Of a DNA stretch of 64,000 nt, positions 42,947-52,248 are shown one piece after another. Positions within the stretch are counted from its first letter, which is position 1. Each line of letters starts with the position of its first letter. This DNA comes from an uncultured Alphaproteobacteria bacterium. GTDB lineage: Bacteria > Pseudomonadota > Alphaproteobacteria > HIMB59 > GCA-002718135. The translations under genes and the position numbers were made by a program. The notes beneath the pieces are model-generated. The model was not told the DNA's origin. It searched no databases and saw nothing but the letters and a program-made list of their open reading frames with translations. The DNA is taken from positions 18,066 through 82,065 of the forward strand of contig CABYRH010000008.1 in NCBI GenBank assembly GCA_902521315.1, read 5' to 3'.

Positions 42947-43321
42947 ATGACTGAAACAGAAATAATTAAAGAGAAAAAAAGAAACATATATTCTAGTTTC
43001 TTTTCAGAAGATTACGTCTCCAAATTTTTATTTAAATCAATTTTACACCATGTTATCTCTCTTGAAATATATGAAAATAATAAATTGAATGGAATTTCGT
43101 TTGAAACAATTTGCGCAAATATACCTAAGTCAATTGGATCTAGATCATCTATTCAATCTATTTTAAACGAAGCTTTAGAAAAAAATATTTTTGTTAAAGA
43201 GCAAAGTAAATCAGACAAACGAATTAAAAATTATTATTTAAGCAATAATTTTCTCGATATGATTAATACATGGTTAAGAAAAGAGGGTTCATTTTTTAGC
43301 AAAATGAGTTTAGAAAATTAA
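42947..43321 (+). CDS. Putative winged-helix (MarR-like) DNA-binding protein
   Basis: HTH-like SRSSIQSILNEA followed by wing motif SDKRIKNYYL; ~124 aa. Confidence 0.55.
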   Translation: MTETEIIKEKKRNIYSSFFSEDYVSKFLFKSILHHVISLEIYENNKLNGISFETICANIPKSIGSRSSIQSILNEALEKNIFVKEQSKSDKRIKNYYLSNNFLDMINTWLRKEGSFFSKMSLEN

Positions 43322-43354
43322 TCAGATTTTATTAATTAAATTTAATACTATTTC

Positions 43355-43382
43355 TTGATAGTTTCCGAATTATAGCTATAAA
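43355..43382 (+). promoter_or_regulatory. Putative sigma70 promoter for riboswitch-amtB2 transcript
   Basis: TTGATA-N16-TATAAA ending 8 nt before aptamer 1; AT-rich background weakens the call. Confidence 0.4.
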
Positions 43383-43390
43383 TCAATTCA

Positions 43391-43441
43391 CGTTCATCAC
43401 TCTATTGGAGTGACGGAAGTAGACAATTGTCGAAGGAACGC
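43391..43441 (+). ncRNA. glnA-motif riboswitch aptamer 1 of amtB copy 2
   Basis: P1 CGTTC/GAACG+C; P2 TCACTCT-ATT-GGAGTGA; P3 GAC-AATT-GTC; same core as 41351-41401. Confidence 0.88.
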
Positions 43442-43457
43442 ATGCAAAGTTATTAAT

Positions 43458-43507
43458 CGTTCAATTTGCAGTTTGCAAATCGGAAGTAGGTATACCCGAA
43501 GGAACGC
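43458..43507 (+). ncRNA. glnA-motif riboswitch aptamer 2 of amtB copy 2
   Basis: P2 ATTTGCA-GTT-TGCAAAT (compensatory change versus copy 1); CGGAAGTA-GG-TATAC-CC-GAAGGAACGC. Confidence 0.88.
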
Positions 43508-43598
43508 GGATCTTAGTAATTAATTTCCATAGCTAGGCATGATTTAATGCATAACTAAAGGGTAGTTATGTGTTTATAATTTTATATGGAGTTAAATA

Positions 43599-44885
43599 AT
43601 GTATAAAAAATTTTTTAGTCTTTTTACAATATTCTCTTTTATTTTGTTGCTAAGTTCATCTGTGAGAGCAGAGGTTGACGCTGAAGTAGCATATATATTT
43701 AATACATTTTCATTTCTAGTTTGTGGATTTTTAGTAATGTGGATGGCTGCTGGTTTTCTATTTTTAGAATCAGGTCTTGTTACAACCAGAAGTGTATCAA
43801 CTATTGCTGCTAAAAATATTGGAAAGTTCGCAATAGTTTCAATTGTTTTCTATTTAATAGGATACAATCTTGGATATTCTGTCCCTGAAGGAGGTTATGT
43901 TGGTACACCATCAATATGGACTGATAATACATCAATGGAAACAGGTTATTCAGATGCTTCAGACTGGTTTTTTCAAGCTTTATTTGTTTGTGCCACTGTT
44001 TCAATTGTATCAGGTGCGGTCGCAGAGCGAATAAAAATTTGGCCTTTCTTTACTTTTGCAGCAGTTCTTGGAGGAGTGATTTATCCAATTCAAATGGGTT
44101 GGGAATGGGGCGGAGGTTGGTTAGATGCCCTTGGATTTGCAGATTTTGCAGGTTCAACATTAGTTCATGCTTGTGGTGGTTCAGCTGCCTTAGCTGGTGT
44201 AATTCTTTTAGGTCCAAGACTTGGGAGATTTAGCGCAAGTGGTGAACCAGCTAATATGGCCCCATTTGCTCCATCATCAATTCCATTAGTTACTCTAGGT
44301 ACATTTATTTTATGGATGGGTTGGTATGGTTTTAATGGCGGGTCACAACTTGCATTAGGTTCTTATGAAGATGCAACAGCAATGTCAAAAATTTTCATGA
44401 ACACTCAACTTGCAGCTTGCGGTGGATGTATGGCTGGCGCAGCAATAACAAGATTGATTGGTGGTAAAACTGATATTGTCATGATGCTAAATGGAGCTCT
44501 TGCTGGCCTAGTTTCAATAACTGCTGAGCCATTAATGCCTAGTCCATTGCTTGCAATTGGAATTGGAGCAGTTGGAGGAATTATAATGTATTACGGAACT
44601 AACTTCTTAAATTCATTAAAGTTAGACGATGTTGTTGGTGCAATACCTGTACATATGTTTGCTGGAATTTGGGGAACATTAGTCGTACCTTTAACTAATC
44701 CTGATGCATCATATGCAATTCAGTTATTAGGTGTTGCATCAGTATGTATCTTTGTTTTTGTTTTCTCATATATTGTAATATATTTAATTAAAAATATTAT
44801 GGGATTAAGAATTAGTGAAGAAGCTGAAAAACTTGGAACTGATAAGGCTGAGGTAGGAGTTGTAGCTTATTCAATAAGAGATTAA
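43599..44885 (+). CDS. amtB: Ammonium transporter (paralog 2)
   Basis: DFAGSTLVH, LWMGWYGFNGGS, LDDVVGAIPVH; collinear with paralog 1. Confidence 0.96.
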   Translation: MYKKFFSLFTIFSFILLLSSSVRAEVDAEVAYIFNTFSFLVCGFLVMWMAAGFLFLESGLVTTRSVSTIAAKNIGKFAIVSIVFYLIGYNLGYSVPEGGYVGTPSIWTDNTSMETGYSDASDWFFQALFVCATVSIVSGAVAERIKIWPFFTFAAVLGGVIYPIQMGWEWGGGWLDALGFADFAGSTLVHACGGSAALAGVILLGPRLGRFSASGEPANMAPFAPSSIPLVTLGTFILWMGWYGFNGGSQLALGSYEDATAMSKIFMNTQLAACGGCMAGAAITRLIGGKTDIVMMLNGALAGLVSITAEPLMPSPLLAIGIGAVGGIIMYYGTNFLNSLKLDDVVGAIPVHMFAGIWGTLVVPLTNPDASYAIQLLGVASVCIFVFVFSYIVIYLIKNIMGLRISEEAEKLGTDKAEVGVVAYSIRD

Positions 44886-44901
44886 TATTCATAAAAAAAG
44901 A

Positions 44902-44927
44902 TAAGAGAGGTAATTTTACCTCTCTTA
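44902..44927. terminator. Hairpin after amtB2
   Basis: TAAGAGAGGTAA-TT-TTACCTCTCTTA perfect inverted repeat. Confidence 0.7.
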
Positions 44928-44946
44928 AATATAAAGGAGATAAATT

Positions 44947-45138
44947 ATGAAAACAGCATTTATTATCAGTGGAAAGAAACATATATTGAAATATGAAAGA
45001 AAAATGCCTGAAAAAGAAGTAATTAAAATGAAATCATTTGTGACAAACAAAGGAATCAAACTTACAAAAACTGCAAAGTTTAAAATAAAAAAGGTTTTAG
45101 AAAAAGATAAAGAAAGGGTCTTTGAAATTATTTTATAA
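44947..45138 (+). CDS. Small lysine-rich hypothetical protein
   Basis: 63 aa, AAAGGAGA RBS, fills intergenic space. Confidence 0.7.
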   Translation: MKTAFIISGKKHILKYERKMPEKEVIKMKSFVTNKGIKLTKTAKFKIKKVLEKDKERVFEIIL

Positions 45139-45690
45139 TTAACAATTTCCTGAAAATAGTGAAAGTTTACTTGCGTCTATTCCTAATAAATTGAATGCAT
45201 CGTTCCACTTATTATTAACTTTTTCGTCAAAAATAAAATCACTATCAGTTTTAAGAGTCATCCAACTATTTGAAGCTAATTCCCTTTCAATTTGTCCTGG
45301 GCCCCATCCTGCATATCCAAGAGCTAGAATACTATTTTTTGGACCATTGCCTTTAGAAAGGTCTTCAAAAAACTCTGAAGTACTTGTTAGAGCAACGCCT
45401 TTATCTATTGTTAGTGTTTCTTTTTGAATTACTTCATCAGAATGTAAAACAAATCCTCTGCCACTTTCAACTGGACCACCATAGCGAATGTATAGTTTCT
45501 TATCCTCTAAGGGCTTGTCTATACCTAATTGTTCAAGCAAATCGGGATAAAGATCATAGTCAATTTTTTTATTGATTATTATACCCATAGCCCCATCTTT
45601 TGAGTGAGCACACATATAAATTACCGTTTTTTCAAATCTATCATCTTCCAAAGAAGGCATTGAAATTAAGAACTGACCAGTTAAATTCAT
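45139..45690 (-). CDS. YqgE/AlgH-family protein
   Basis: GAMGIIIN, GGPV, LGYAGWGPGQIE.E. Confidence 0.93.
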   Translation of the reverse strand: MNLTGQFLISMPSLEDDRFEKTVIYMCAHSKDGAMGIIINKKIDYDLYPDLLEQLGIDKPLEDKKLYIRYGGPVESGRGFVLHSDEVIQKETLTIDKGVALTSTSEFFEDLSKGNGPKNSILALGYAGWGPGQIERELASNSWMTLKTDSDFIFDEKVNNKWNDAFNLLGIDASKLSLFSGNC

Positions 45691-45747
45691 ATAGTATATA
45701 TATTCGCGTTAATTTATATTTTTCAATATTGTATTGATTAATTTTAT

Positions 45748-47805
45748 ATGGACAAGGTAATAAAAGTTATAAATCTGTTAAAAATAGTAATAATACTTGC
45801 TATTGGGCTATTTAGCACAGCTGGATATACCTTATCTTCAGATTGGGCAATTAGTGAAAAATCAAAAGTTAGATTGATTTCACCAATGACCGCATCAAAT
45901 AATAATAACCAATTAATTTTAGCATTAGAATATGAACTAGAAGAGGAATGGAAAACATATTGGAAATCACCTGGAGGAGGAGGTTTTCCTCAAAAAATTA
46001 TATGGAATAATTCCTCCAATGTGAAAGATATTAAAATATTATGGCCAGAGCCAATAGAATTTGAAATACTAGGTTTAAAATCAATTGGATATAAAGATAA
46101 AGTAATCTTTCCTTTAATTGTAGATATTGAAGATAATAAAAAACAAACAAATTTAAATTTAAATATAAATTATTTAGTTTGTAGAGATATTTGTATTCCA
46201 GGTAATGCAGATATATATTTAAACTTACCATCTGGAGATGGAGCGTACACAGATTATTTTTTCGAAATTGAAAAAGTGTTATCTACTACCTTAAACAATA
46301 ATATTGATTTTACACCTATTTCTAATTTTTCATTTAAAGCTATTGAAAATAGTAATAACGTTATTTTTGATATAGAAATATCAACAAATTCTTTTTTTGA
46401 TAATCCAAAAATTTTTATTCACACACCATTTGGACTACCTGTTGTAGAACAAATAAATAATTATTCCCTTGATTTTCAAAAACTTAACACCTCTTTATAT
46501 TACAGTGCCGATCAATTTAATGAAAAAAAATTTCCAATAGAAATATTTTTTTATGACAATAATCACAGTTTTAAAGTTGAAAAAAAAGTAGAAATTGAAA
46601 ATGTAGATAAAAATATTTCTATAAACAATAGTCTTATATACTTACTCTTAATTTCACTATTAGGCGGATTTATTTTGAATCTTATGCCATGCGTATTTCC
46701 TGTATTATCGTTAAAATTATTATCTGTAATTAATACTGAAGATAAAAAGGTAAAAAGTAGTTTTTTTATAACTGTATTGGGTATTATTACTTCTTTTCTT
46801 TTACTTGGTGTATTTTTTGCCTTGCTGAAACAGATCAATATTTCAATTTCTTGGGGTATGCAATTTCAAGAACCATACTTTTTAATGTTCATTTTAATGA
46901 TTATATCAATGTTCTTCTTGAACACATTAGGCCTTTTTCAAATAAATTTACCGAGTTTTTTACATTCATCTAATATTTTAAATTCAGGAAATAATTTTTA
47001 TACAAAGAATTTTTTTAATGGTTTTTTTGCTACACTACTTGCTACTCCATGTTCTGCACCTTATTTAGGAACAGCTGTCACAGCTGCATTTACTCAATCA
47101 ACAACATATTTATTTTTAATATTCTGTTTTATGGGTATAGGGATGAGCTTACCTTATTTGGTTGTAGCTTTTTTTCCAGGCCTAATTTCCTTTTTACCTA
47201 AATCAGGAAAATGGATGATTTATTTTAAATATTTTCTATCTATTTTATTATTAATAACAATAGTTTGGCTTTTAAGTATATTAAATAATTATTTTAATTA
47301 TTTTTTTATAGTTACATTTACTGTTTTATTAATCTTAATTTCAGCAATTTTAAAATTTAGAATTTACCAAATTCCCTTAATTATTTCTTTAATAATTATT
47401 TTCTTTTTAACACCATATATAAATTCTTTTCAAAAAATTAATGAAGAAAACTATAAAAATAACAATTGGCTAGATTTTAATGCTAAAAATATTCCTGAAA
47501 TAATAGCTAATAATGAAATTGTTTTTTTAGATATAACTGCTGATTGGTGCATTACCTGTAAGTTTAATAAAATCAATGTCTTAAATTCAAAAACAATTTC
47601 AGATTTTTTTGATTCACAAGAAGTGACATTGATAAAAGCTGATTGGACGCAACCAAATGAAAAAATAAATAAATTTTTAAAAAAATATAATAAATTTGGT
47701 ATACCATTTAATGCTTTTTACTCTTCAAAGTTTCCTGAAGGCATAGTAATGAGTGAAATATTGACCGAGAAACAAATATTTGAAACATATAATAAAGTTA
47801 AATAA
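45748..47805 (+). CDS. DsbD-family thiol:disulfide interchange protein
   Basis: KTYWKSPG, LNLMPCVFPV, ATPCSAP, ADWCITC. Confidence 0.92.
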   Translation: MDKVIKVINLLKIVIILAIGLFSTAGYTLSSDWAISEKSKVRLISPMTASNNNNQLILALEYELEEEWKTYWKSPGGGGFPQKIIWNNSSNVKDIKILWPEPIEFEILGLKSIGYKDKVIFPLIVDIEDNKKQTNLNLNINYLVCRDICIPGNADIYLNLPSGDGAYTDYFFEIEKVLSTTLNNNIDFTPISNFSFKAIENSNNVIFDIEISTNSFFDNPKIFIHTPFGLPVVEQINNYSLDFQKLNTSLYYSADQFNEKKFPIEIFFYDNNHSFKVEKKVEIENVDKNISINNSLIYLLLISLLGGFILNLMPCVFPVLSLKLLSVINTEDKKVKSSFFITVLGIITSFLLLGVFFALLKQINISISWGMQFQEPYFLMFILMIISMFFLNTLGLFQINLPSFLHSSNILNSGNNFYTKNFFNGFFATLLATPCSAPYLGTAVTAAFTQSTTYLFLIFCFMGIGMSLPYLVVAFFPGLISFLPKSGKWMIYFKYFLSILLLITIVWLLSILNNYFNYFFIVTFTVLLILISAILKFRIYQIPLIISLIIIFFLTPYINSFQKINEENYKNNNWLDFNAKNIPEIIANNEIVFLDITADWCITCKFNKINVLNSKTISDFFDSQEVTLIKADWTQPNEKINKFLKKYNKFGIPFNAFYSSKFPEGIVMSEILTEKQIFETYNKVK

Positions 47806-47810
47806 AAAAC

Positions 47811-48275
47811 ATGATTATTGATGATTTTAAAGTACCTATTATTAAAAAAGGTGTTTCATCAGTATCTTCATTGAAAAATGAATTTATAAATAAAAAAATT
47901 ATTCTATTTGGTGTGCCAGGAGCATTTACACCAACTTGTTCTGAGAAACATCTTCCGGGTTATATAAAATTATATAATGCATTTATAAATAAAAAAATTG
48001 ATGCAATTTATTGTCTCTCTGTAAATGATGAGCACGTTATGAAATCTTGGTTATTGAGTTATACAGATGGAGAAAAGATCAATGGAATTGCAGATGGAAA
48101 TGCTGAGATTACAAAATATTTTGACTTGATATCTGATAAGACAAAAAATTACATGGGTTTAAGGTGTCGAAGATTTGCCATGATAATTGAAAATAATGTA
48201 GTTATAAAAAGATTTATTGAAAATAATGGTGAATACCAAGTAAGTTCAGCTGAATATATTTTAGAAAAAATTTAA
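47811..48275 (+). CDS. Peroxiredoxin (Prx5 type)
   Basis: VPGAFTPTCSEKHLPG. Confidence 0.94.
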   Translation: MIIDDFKVPIIKKGVSSVSSLKNEFINKKIILFGVPGAFTPTCSEKHLPGYIKLYNAFINKKIDAIYCLSVNDEHVMKSWLLSYTDGEKINGIADGNAEITKYFDLISDKTKNYMGLRCRRFAMIIENNVVIKRFIENNGEYQVSSAEYILEKI

Positions 48276-48293
48276 CTTTTTAATTTAATAACT

Positions 48294-49271
48294 TTAACTT
48301 TTTCTTCTTTGAATTAAAGCGTAAACTGTTACTGCAACAGTGATCATCAGACCATTAATAAATTTAACATAAAACCCAGACAACCCTAAAGCAACTATTC
48401 CTGACTCTAATGAACCTATGATTAAAACACCTATGAATGTTCCAAAAATAGTACCTCTACCACCAAAAACTGAAGTTCCTCCAACAAAGACAGCTGCTAA
48501 TGTTGTTAACATTAACCCCTCACCTTGTGTAGGCCAGAAATATAACATTTCATACATTGTAAAAATTCCTGCTAAAGCGGAGAAAAATCCTAATTGAACA
48601 AAAGCAATAATTTTTACATTGTCGACATTAATTCCCATCATTTGAGCGCTTGCTTTGTTATCACCTACAAAGTGGATATGATTTCCAAATTTATGGTATC
48701 TATAAACCCATTGCATCAATCCAGTTAATACAATGAACCAAATAAATTGCATTGGAATTTTTCCAAATAATTTTTCAACAAATATCATATGATGCCAGGT
48801 GCCATCTGCTACATCGACAATTGCTATACCACTACCTTGGGAAATTACATTAACTAATCCACGCCAAAAAAATAATGTACCTATAGTAGCAACTATTGAA
48901 GGTATACCAATTTTTGTAACAAGTAATCCATTTACTAATCCAGCAAACATTCCAAGTGAAGTTGCCAAAATAAATGCTATAAAGAAGTTACCATCGGTCG
49001 ATGTCATTATAATTCCAAATATGAGAGATGTAATTCCAACTATAGATGGAAATGATAAATCAATTTCACCTAGTGTAACAACAAATGTTGCTGATATAGC
49101 AATAATTCCAAAAAAAGGCATTGATTGCATAAATGCTCTATAAATAGGGAATCTTGTAAACACATGTGGCGCGCCCAGAAAATAAATTAAGAAAAGTACT
49201 ACGGCAATTATTGTAATACTAATTTCAAGTTTGTGAGTTTTAACAAAATAACTATTTAATAAATTATTCAT
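48294..49271 (-). CDS. Monosaccharide/polyol ABC (CUT2) permease
   Basis: GEIDLSF, AAVFVGGTS.FGGRG. Confidence 0.92.
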   Translation of the reverse strand: MNNLLNSYFVKTHKLEISITIIAVVLFLIYFLGAPHVFTRFPIYRAFMQSMPFFGIIAISATFVVTLGEIDLSFPSIVGITSLIFGIIMTSTDGNFFIAFILATSLGMFAGLVNGLLVTKIGIPSIVATIGTLFFWRGLVNVISQGSGIAIVDVADGTWHHMIFVEKLFGKIPMQFIWFIVLTGLMQWVYRYHKFGNHIHFVGDNKASAQMMGINVDNVKIIAFVQLGFFSALAGIFTMYEMLYFWPTQGEGLMLTTLAAVFVGGTSVFGGRGTIFGTFIGVLIIGSLESGIVALGLSGFYVKFINGLMITVAVTVYALIQRRKS

Positions 49272-50039
49272 TTAATCTTCCACTTTTATTTTTCCTGATT
49301 CATGAAGTTGAATCATTTTTTGAACAAGTTCTTCTCTTGAAATATCTTCTTTATTAAATTCCCCAACAACCTCACCTCTATCTAAAATAATAAATCTATC
49401 TGCAGCGCCGTAAACGTGTATAATATTATGATCGATAAATATTGCAGATTTGTTTTCATTCTTTAAACCTTTGACAAAATTAAGAACTTTTTCTGTTTCT
49501 TGTATCGATAATCCCATTGTTGGTTCATCTAATACGATTAAATCAGAATTAAAATACAATGATCTACCGAAAGCTACACCTTGTTTTTCACCACCAGACA
49601 GTCCCATTACTTGAGAGTCAACGGTTATAGCTTTTGAAGTAAAGCCTATATAGTCGCGTAAAATTTTTTCTGCTTCTTTTCTTTGTTTTTTTATATCCAA
49701 AAAACCAAATGAGTTTGTAATTTCTCTTCCTGCAAAGATATTTCTGTATAATTCTTGCTGATCACATAATGCTCTTTCTTGATATACTGCTTCAATCCCC
49801 ATTTTTCTTGATTGAGCAACTGATTTAATTTGTACTTCTTTTTCTTTAAAAAAAACTTTTCCCGAGTTTGGACTATGAACTCCAGTTATAACTTTAATAA
49901 GTGTAGATTTTCCAGCTCCGTTATCACCGATTAAAGCTACTACTTCACCTTTGTTTATTTTGATATTCACATCTTTTAAAACTTTGACGTTTCCAAAGTT
50001 TTTGTAAATATTTTGTAATTTTAAGAGTTCTTCAGCCAT
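49272..50039 (-). CDS. Monosaccharide ABC ATPase (single NBD)
   Basis: GDNGAGKST, LSGGEKQ, LDEPT. Confidence 0.93.
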   Translation of the reverse strand: MAEELLKLQNIYKNFGNVKVLKDVNIKINKGEVVALIGDNGAGKSTLIKVITGVHSPNSGKVFFKEKEVQIKSVAQSRKMGIEAVYQERALCDQQELYRNIFAGREITNSFGFLDIKKQRKEAEKILRDYIGFTSKAITVDSQVMGLSGGEKQGVAFGRSLYFNSDLIVLDEPTMGLSIQETEKVLNFVKGLKNENKSAIFIDHNIIHVYGAADRFIILDRGEVVGEFNKEDISREELVQKMIQLHESGKIKVED

Positions 50040-50048
50040 AAAAATAAA

Positions 50049-50071
50049 CCTGCCTTATAAAATAAGGCAGG
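50049..50071 (-). terminator. Intercistronic stem-loop after SBP gene
   Basis: CCTGCCTTAT-AAA-ATAAGGCAGG. Confidence 0.65.
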
Positions 50072-50085
50072 CTATAATATTTAAT

Positions 50086-51066
50086 TTATCTGATTTGTAC
50101 TGCTGCTAATGGAGCAACAGCATCAACGTTATCAGCTGTAACAAATGCAGCACCAGTATCCATTGCTAATCCAGCCATTCCATATTTTGTACTTAGGAAT
50201 AACTGAACAATTGGCATATATCCTTGGATAAATGGTTGTTGATCAATTACAACGTCAATGTATCCAGAATTAATTCCGTCAACAATTGGAGCTGATAAAT
50301 CAAATCCAGCACCACATACTTCTTCAGTACCATGACCTGCAGCCTTCATATATGTTGGTAAACTTGCAGTTAATCCACCATGATCTGTAATAGCCATTTT
50401 GATATCAGGATTTGCACTATAAGTAGCAACGTACATAGGAGTTCCTTGAGATGCATCTGAGTTTACATTATCAGGAATTTCTTGATAAACTACTTCAACA
50501 CCTGCTGCTTCAACACCAGCTATTGCGCCTTTAGTTCTTTCTCCTCTGTTTGGCATACTTGCAAGACCCCAGATAAAAGCTTTATCTCCAGCTTGTAGAC
50601 CACAAACTTCAACAGCTTTTTTACCTAGATTAAATCCAGCATCGAATAGATCTGCACCTGCATAACCAAATCCTTCAGTTTTATATTCTGCTTCAAGATC
50701 AGGAAGAGGTGTATTCATAGTAGTAATTACTATACCCATTTCTCTAGCTTCTTGAATGATAGGTCTCATAGCAGCGTCTCCTGGAAAACCATAGATTGCA
50801 ATTCCATCAGGCTGTAAAGCAACTGCTTCTTTAAATTGTTTAATCATGATTTCTGAATTCCACTGTGACCAGTAGTAATCTACTTCACAACCAGTGTGTT
50901 CAGCAGCAGCTACTGCACCATTGTAAACGATAGTTCCAAATGGGCCACCTTCAGGACCACCTGGGAAAAATATAAATTTCTTATCACAGCTGTAATCATT
51001 TTTTGCTACTGCTGAAGTAGATGCAAAAGCAAAAAATAAAGCAATGACAGCAAAGATTTTTTTCAT
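50086..51066 (-). CDS. Monosaccharide/polyol ABC substrate-binding protein
   Basis: Signal peptide, PDGIAI, GFD, IDQQPFIQGY; GGAGG RBS. Confidence 0.9.
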   Translation of the reverse strand: MKKIFAVIALFFAFASTSAVAKNDYSCDKKFIFFPGGPEGGPFGTIVYNGAVAAAEHTGCEVDYYWSQWNSEIMIKQFKEAVALQPDGIAIYGFPGDAAMRPIIQEAREMGIVITTMNTPLPDLEAEYKTEGFGYAGADLFDAGFNLGKKAVEVCGLQAGDKAFIWGLASMPNRGERTKGAIAGVEAAGVEVVYQEIPDNVNSDASQGTPMYVATYSANPDIKMAITDHGGLTASLPTYMKAAGHGTEEVCGAGFDLSAPIVDGINSGYIDVVIDQQPFIQGYMPIVQLFLSTKYGMAGLAMDTGAAFVTADNVDAVAPLAAVQIR

Positions 51067-51256
51067 AATTCCTCCAAATAATTTATGTATTAATTTATAA
51101 GTAAATAAATCAATAATACAATTAAATTAAAGTATTAAAGATCTTATTACAAATTAAATCCCTCTTTCTTTTGATAGATAAAATAGTCGCACTTATTTAC
51201 CAATTTAAACCAATTTTTATATTTATAAGATTATCAAAAAGTGCTATTTTTTCATT

Positions 51257-52243
51257 ATGGATGTTGATTTAGGTAAATGGTATCGAGCAAATATAGATAA
51301 AAAAGAATTCAAGCAGTTATGCAAAAAATCTGATTGGCAGGGTTTTAAGCATATGATTATTTATTTTTCATCTCTGTTTCTCTTTGGATATCTTGCGTAT
51401 GTCACTTGGGGCACTTGGTGGTCATTATTATTTTTTATAATATACGGAAATATTTGGGGATGCAGCGATGCTATCTGGCATGAAACTGGTCACAGAACTG
51501 CTTTTAAATCTAAATTCTGGAATGATTTCTTTTATTATATTGCTAGCTTCATGGATAATTTTGAACCTATCAGATGGAGATATTCTCACTATCATCATCA
51601 TACTTATACTCAATTTAATGATCCTGTAGATTTTGAAATACATGTAAAAAAACCAACTGACTTGATTGTGTTTTTCTCTCATTACATTCCGTTCTCTGGT
51701 TTTATTTTCTTTAAAAATTCTCTTCAATGGGAAACTATAAAACATGCATTTGGCGTAACTACTGATGTAATGAAAGTTTGTATTCCAAAAAATGAAAGAT
51801 GGAAATGTAGATTATCTGCGTGGAGTCATCTTTCTATTTGGATAATTAGTATAGCTTCTTCAGTTTACTTTCAAAGTTGGCTTCCAGTTCTATATGTTTT
51901 ATTACCTAATTTTTATGGAAAGACCCTTGTTATGCTTATGGGTCTTACTCAACACGCAGGACTTAGAGAAGATAAAAGAGACCACAGGTATACAACTAGA
52001 ACAGTATATTTAAATCCAGTTTTAAGTTTTTTATATTGGCATATGGAATATCATGTTGAGCACCATATGTTCCCTCAAGTTCCCTCACATAATTTACCTA
52101 AGCTGCATGCTATGATTAAAGATCAATTACCACCTGCCAGAAAAGGTCTTCTTGGGGCTTATAAAGAAATTATTCCAGCACTCATAAAACAAGCAAAAAA
52201 TCCTGACTATCAAATTCCATTATCTGTTCCAAGCAACGCTTAG
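51257..52243 (+). CDS. Membrane di-iron fatty-acid-desaturase-family enzyme (MocD-like) 1
   Basis: His boxes HETGH, HYHHH, HVEHH; TQHAGL; next to ferredoxin and reductase. Confidence 0.85.
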   Translation: MDVDLGKWYRANIDKKEFKQLCKKSDWQGFKHMIIYFSSLFLFGYLAYVTWGTWWSLLFFIIYGNIWGCSDAIWHETGHRTAFKSKFWNDFFYYIASFMDNFEPIRWRYSHYHHHTYTQFNDPVDFEIHVKKPTDLIVFFSHYIPFSGFIFFKNSLQWETIKHAFGVTTDVMKVCIPKNERWKCRLSAWSHLSIWIISIASSVYFQSWLPVLYVLLPNFYGKTLVMLMGLTQHAGLREDKRDHRYTTRTVYLNPVLSFLYWHMEYHVEHHMFPQVPSHNLPKLHAMIKDQLPPARKGLLGAYKEIIPALIKQAKNPDYQIPLSVPSNA

Positions 52244-52248
52244 ATTGA

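Noticed and set aside
41351-43507. Four-copy repeat CGGAAGTA...GAAGGAACGC as CRISPR or REP/MITE
   Set aside because: Two units per locus, conserved linker, no cas or transposase genes; the structure fits glnA riboswitch aptamers.
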